A stretch of DNA of 64,000 nt from Takakia lepidozioides (taxonomy: Eukaryota; Plantae; Bryophyta): assembly GCA_030704615.1 (NCBI GenBank), contig CM060731.1:80724001-80788000 (forward strand), in the 5' to 3' direction. Within the stretch, counting starts at the first letter, position 1; each line of letters starts with the position of its first letter. The position numbers were made by a program, and so were the translations under genes. Shown here piece by piece: positions 61,501-64,000 of this stretch. Below the pieces are notes generated by a model. The model was not told where the DNA came from. It made no database searches and saw nothing but the letters and a program-made list of their open reading frames with translations.

Positions 61501-63634
61501 TCAACTACAGGTATCATAATTGTGGCAGGACATGCACATTTTTTAATGTACTTTCTCAGTTCCGGTGATGAACTGGTCGGGATTTGCAGGGAAGTCTTCC
61601 AGACAGCATCATCATTAGTATATGATATCAAGAGACCAATTGACCACTAATATATATGTACATCTTAGAAGATAGTTCTGGAGAATTTATGAAGGCCTAT
61701 TCACTTGGGTTGCTTTGTTTCTGTTGGTGCCAGGGGCTCATTGGGCTTTGGAGAGGAAGCATTGCAATCACTACCGGGCAATGTCGGTCACCAGGTGAAG
61801 TGGATCTTTTTTTTTATCCAACTCATTCATGCCCTCTTTACTTGGTTCTGGAACATTCATGGAAATTTCACCAAGTTCTCGAAGGTGGACTACCTGCCAG
61901 GTTATTAAGTCTCCCATGCACAGTTCCACCTGCTGTGGAGCAAGTACCGACTAAAGCAAAACATTTTTGTTTCCTAAAGGAATGTTTCTTCCAAAGGTGT
62001 TACTGTCTTTCTTTTATTTGGCATTGAATCAGCTTGCTCCTGTCAACAACACACAGGATGTGGCAGATGTACTGGCGGCTCTTGACCAAGTTGTCGAGAA
62101 TGGGCTGGCAGACCCAACAAAAGTTGCAGTCTTGGGGGGCTCCCATGGGGGCTTCCTTGCCTCACACCTCATTGGCCAGGCATGGAGCATCATTCTGTCT
62201 CCTTATTTTGATCAACTATTTTAGCTTGACTACATGTGCACTTAAGCAGCCTTGTTTGCTAGTGATGCTAACACAGTGGATGTCGATTCTTTTTGGCAGT
62301 CAAGCTGAATTGATCCTTCAAAATAAACGCAGTTTTTAACATGTGCACTGGTTGTTTTTCCCCTTATATTTTGACTCGTCATTTTTGGCTCTGGGCGTCC
62401 AGGCACCTGACCGATTTACTACAGCCATACTTAGAAATCCTGTGTGCAATGTGTCATCAATGGTTGGCATCACGGACATCCCTGACTGGTGTTACGTGGA
62501 AGCCTTTGGCAAGGAGGGCTTAAGTACCTACTCAGAGGCACCCTCTGCTAATGATCTGAGCATGCTCTATCAATGCTCGCCTATCTCTCACCTTTCCAAG
62601 GTATGCTGTCATCTTCAGTCCATAGTAATGCAAATATATGCTACTGTGATAGGCAAAGTCAGGCACATTTGATTTTGGCCCATGTCACCTTTAGAGGTGG
62701 TGGTGAATGCTACAGCCACTTCTGAGTCAAGTAAACCCACAAATGTAGTTGCTGCAATAAATTTATTGTTTGAATATCAAGGATATTTGTAGTATCATGA
62801 ATAGTCCATAACATGGAGCGTTTATCTTAGTGCATGGGTCCAGTTCTTTCAAAGTCCAATTGAACCCTTGCCTCCAGTAGTTGCTGGGTCCGGTATGTAG
62901 TTTCGAATCATTAAGTGGAGTCGAGATGCTTCACCGTATGAATGACATCCTCTCTATGCAGGTGAAGGTGCCGACATTGTTTTTGCTTGGAGCCCAAGAT
63001 CGTAGGGTGCCAGTTTCCAATGGATTCCAGGTAATGTTTCCAATGGAAACCCTCAGATTCAAGCAGCATTGTGAATTCTTTGGAAAAGTCAAACAGGTAA
63101 GAGGAAGACTTATTTTACCTGCCAGGGTTGTTCAACAAGATGAATGGATAAACACAACGGGACCAGGATCGGTAGCAGTTGGCTCATTTATTTCACAGCT
63201 CACAGATTAAACTAATGGTGGGTGGCAATTCGTGACACGTGTCCTTAATTTGGCCAACCCTGGCTGTATTATCAAATAGATTTGTGGCCTTTATCACAGC
63301 TATTGTGTTATTGTGGAAGCAGTATGTACATGCGTTGCGGGCCCAGGGGCTGGAGGTGAAACTCATTCTTTTCCCGGAAGATGTGCACTCCATTGACAGG
63401 TACCTCCCATTGTGCTCCTTTCTGAATCTGATCACAAGGTGGAATAGGGATATGTATGGTGACAATATTGACTCAAAATGAAATGCAGTACAGTATCTTT
63501 TGTGTTTAGCAGTTCAAAACAGTCCCAAGACTAATAATTTACTGATGTACAAGTACGGCCCTTCTGGGTGCAGGCCCCAATCTGAGTTCGAGAGCTTTCT
63601 CAACACTGGAACTTGGCTGAAGAGATTCACCTAA
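52507..63634 (+). CDS. AARE: Acylamino-acid-releasing enzyme (acylpeptide hydrolase, peptidase S9C), 17 coding exons
   Basis: Exons 52507-52648, 52880-53207, 53700-53927, 56976-57206, 57891-57965, 58414-58552, 58798-58949, 59182-59264, 59580-59710, 61031-61115, 61303-61510, 61734-61794, 62057-62179, 62403-62600, 62962-63030, 63323-63399, 63574-63634 splice in frame. Motifs DGWFEGVSW, EDWGE, LHGGPHS, VNYRGSLGFG, GGSHGGF (Ser), QDRRV (Asp), EDVHSI (His). Confidence 0.93.
54130..56820 (-). mobile_element. Stack of same-orientation LINE 3' fragments in AARE intron 3, separated by (GA)n
   Basis: The 3' terminus signature gaga(a/t)tg(t/c)actcat occurs at ~55090, ~55213, ~55280 and ~55792, plus an older copy at 54130-55085; a (GA)n tract lies at ~56796-56818. 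Confidence 0.87.
60029..60801. mobile_element. hAT-family MITE in AARE intron 9
   Basis: Perfect 19-bp TIR CAGTGTTGTGCGGGTATAT / ATATACCCGCACAACACTG; 8-bp TSD GTTTGGAC at 60021-60028 and 60802-60809; ATACCC/GGGTAT subterminal motifs. Confidence 0.95.
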
Positions 63635-64000
63635 TTATTGATGGTGGGAAAATAATTATTGGTGTTGCCTCCCTAATAAGTCCACATGAGCTATATTGCC
63701 CTTGGGCGGGTACATAATACATGCGGGAGAGGTGGCTATACATTAGTGCTTTTACTGTTTGATTTCATTCACCCTTTCCAATGGAATCAGAAGAGATTGT
63801 GACGGGAGCGCTTGGATGTGTATGTCGTCATCCCTGCCATCCCTTTTGATTTTTTGACATCATTGAAATGTTTTGCCATCTTCTTTTGATGACTCTGGGG
63901 CAAGTGCAATGATGTCAAAGAGTAATGTTGAGGAGCCCCACTGTGAACGAGTCTGCTTACCACAATCAGTGCGTAATTACGTAATCTAGATTCCAATTCA

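Noticed and set aside
63787-63996. Minus-strand ORF at the window edge as the 3' end of a neighbouring gene
   Set aside because: No recognisable homology and it is cut by the window edge; it may be AARE 3' UTR or flank.

Overview
Eukaryotic, intron-containing plant DNA, probably from a non-seed land plant (inference from the PLS-type PPR relics, a Tcn1-like chromovirus and the AARE gene). About the first 50 kb is a nested, mostly decayed transposon cluster, and the last ~12 kb holds one apparently intact 17-exon host gene for acylamino-acid-releasing enzyme (AARE, 52507-63634). The main result is that three different transposons each carry a domain of a chromatin- or transcription-modifying enzyme family inside their own coding regions. 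(1) A Ty3/Gypsy pol has a complete DNMT3-like C5 cytosine methyltransferase domain in frame between protease and reverse transcriptase (~2150-3099). (2) A CACTA element (35341-~42165) carries a SET-domain ORF that may share its first Zn-binding exon with the transposase. (3) A 14.65 kb CACTA element (12004-26653, with TIRs, a TCC target duplication and an empty-site paralog in the window) has a divergently oriented TnpA-like gene containing an FCP1/NIF-type phosphatase-like domain. Other structure: a ~1.75 kb foldback palindrome family, a chromovirus with gag and pol on opposite strands, a (TC)n-associated LINE stacked five times in an AARE intron, a decayed PDF-motif/PPR array, two MITE-like elements and a GC-AG intron. 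All domain calls are by eye from motifs; no searches were run.
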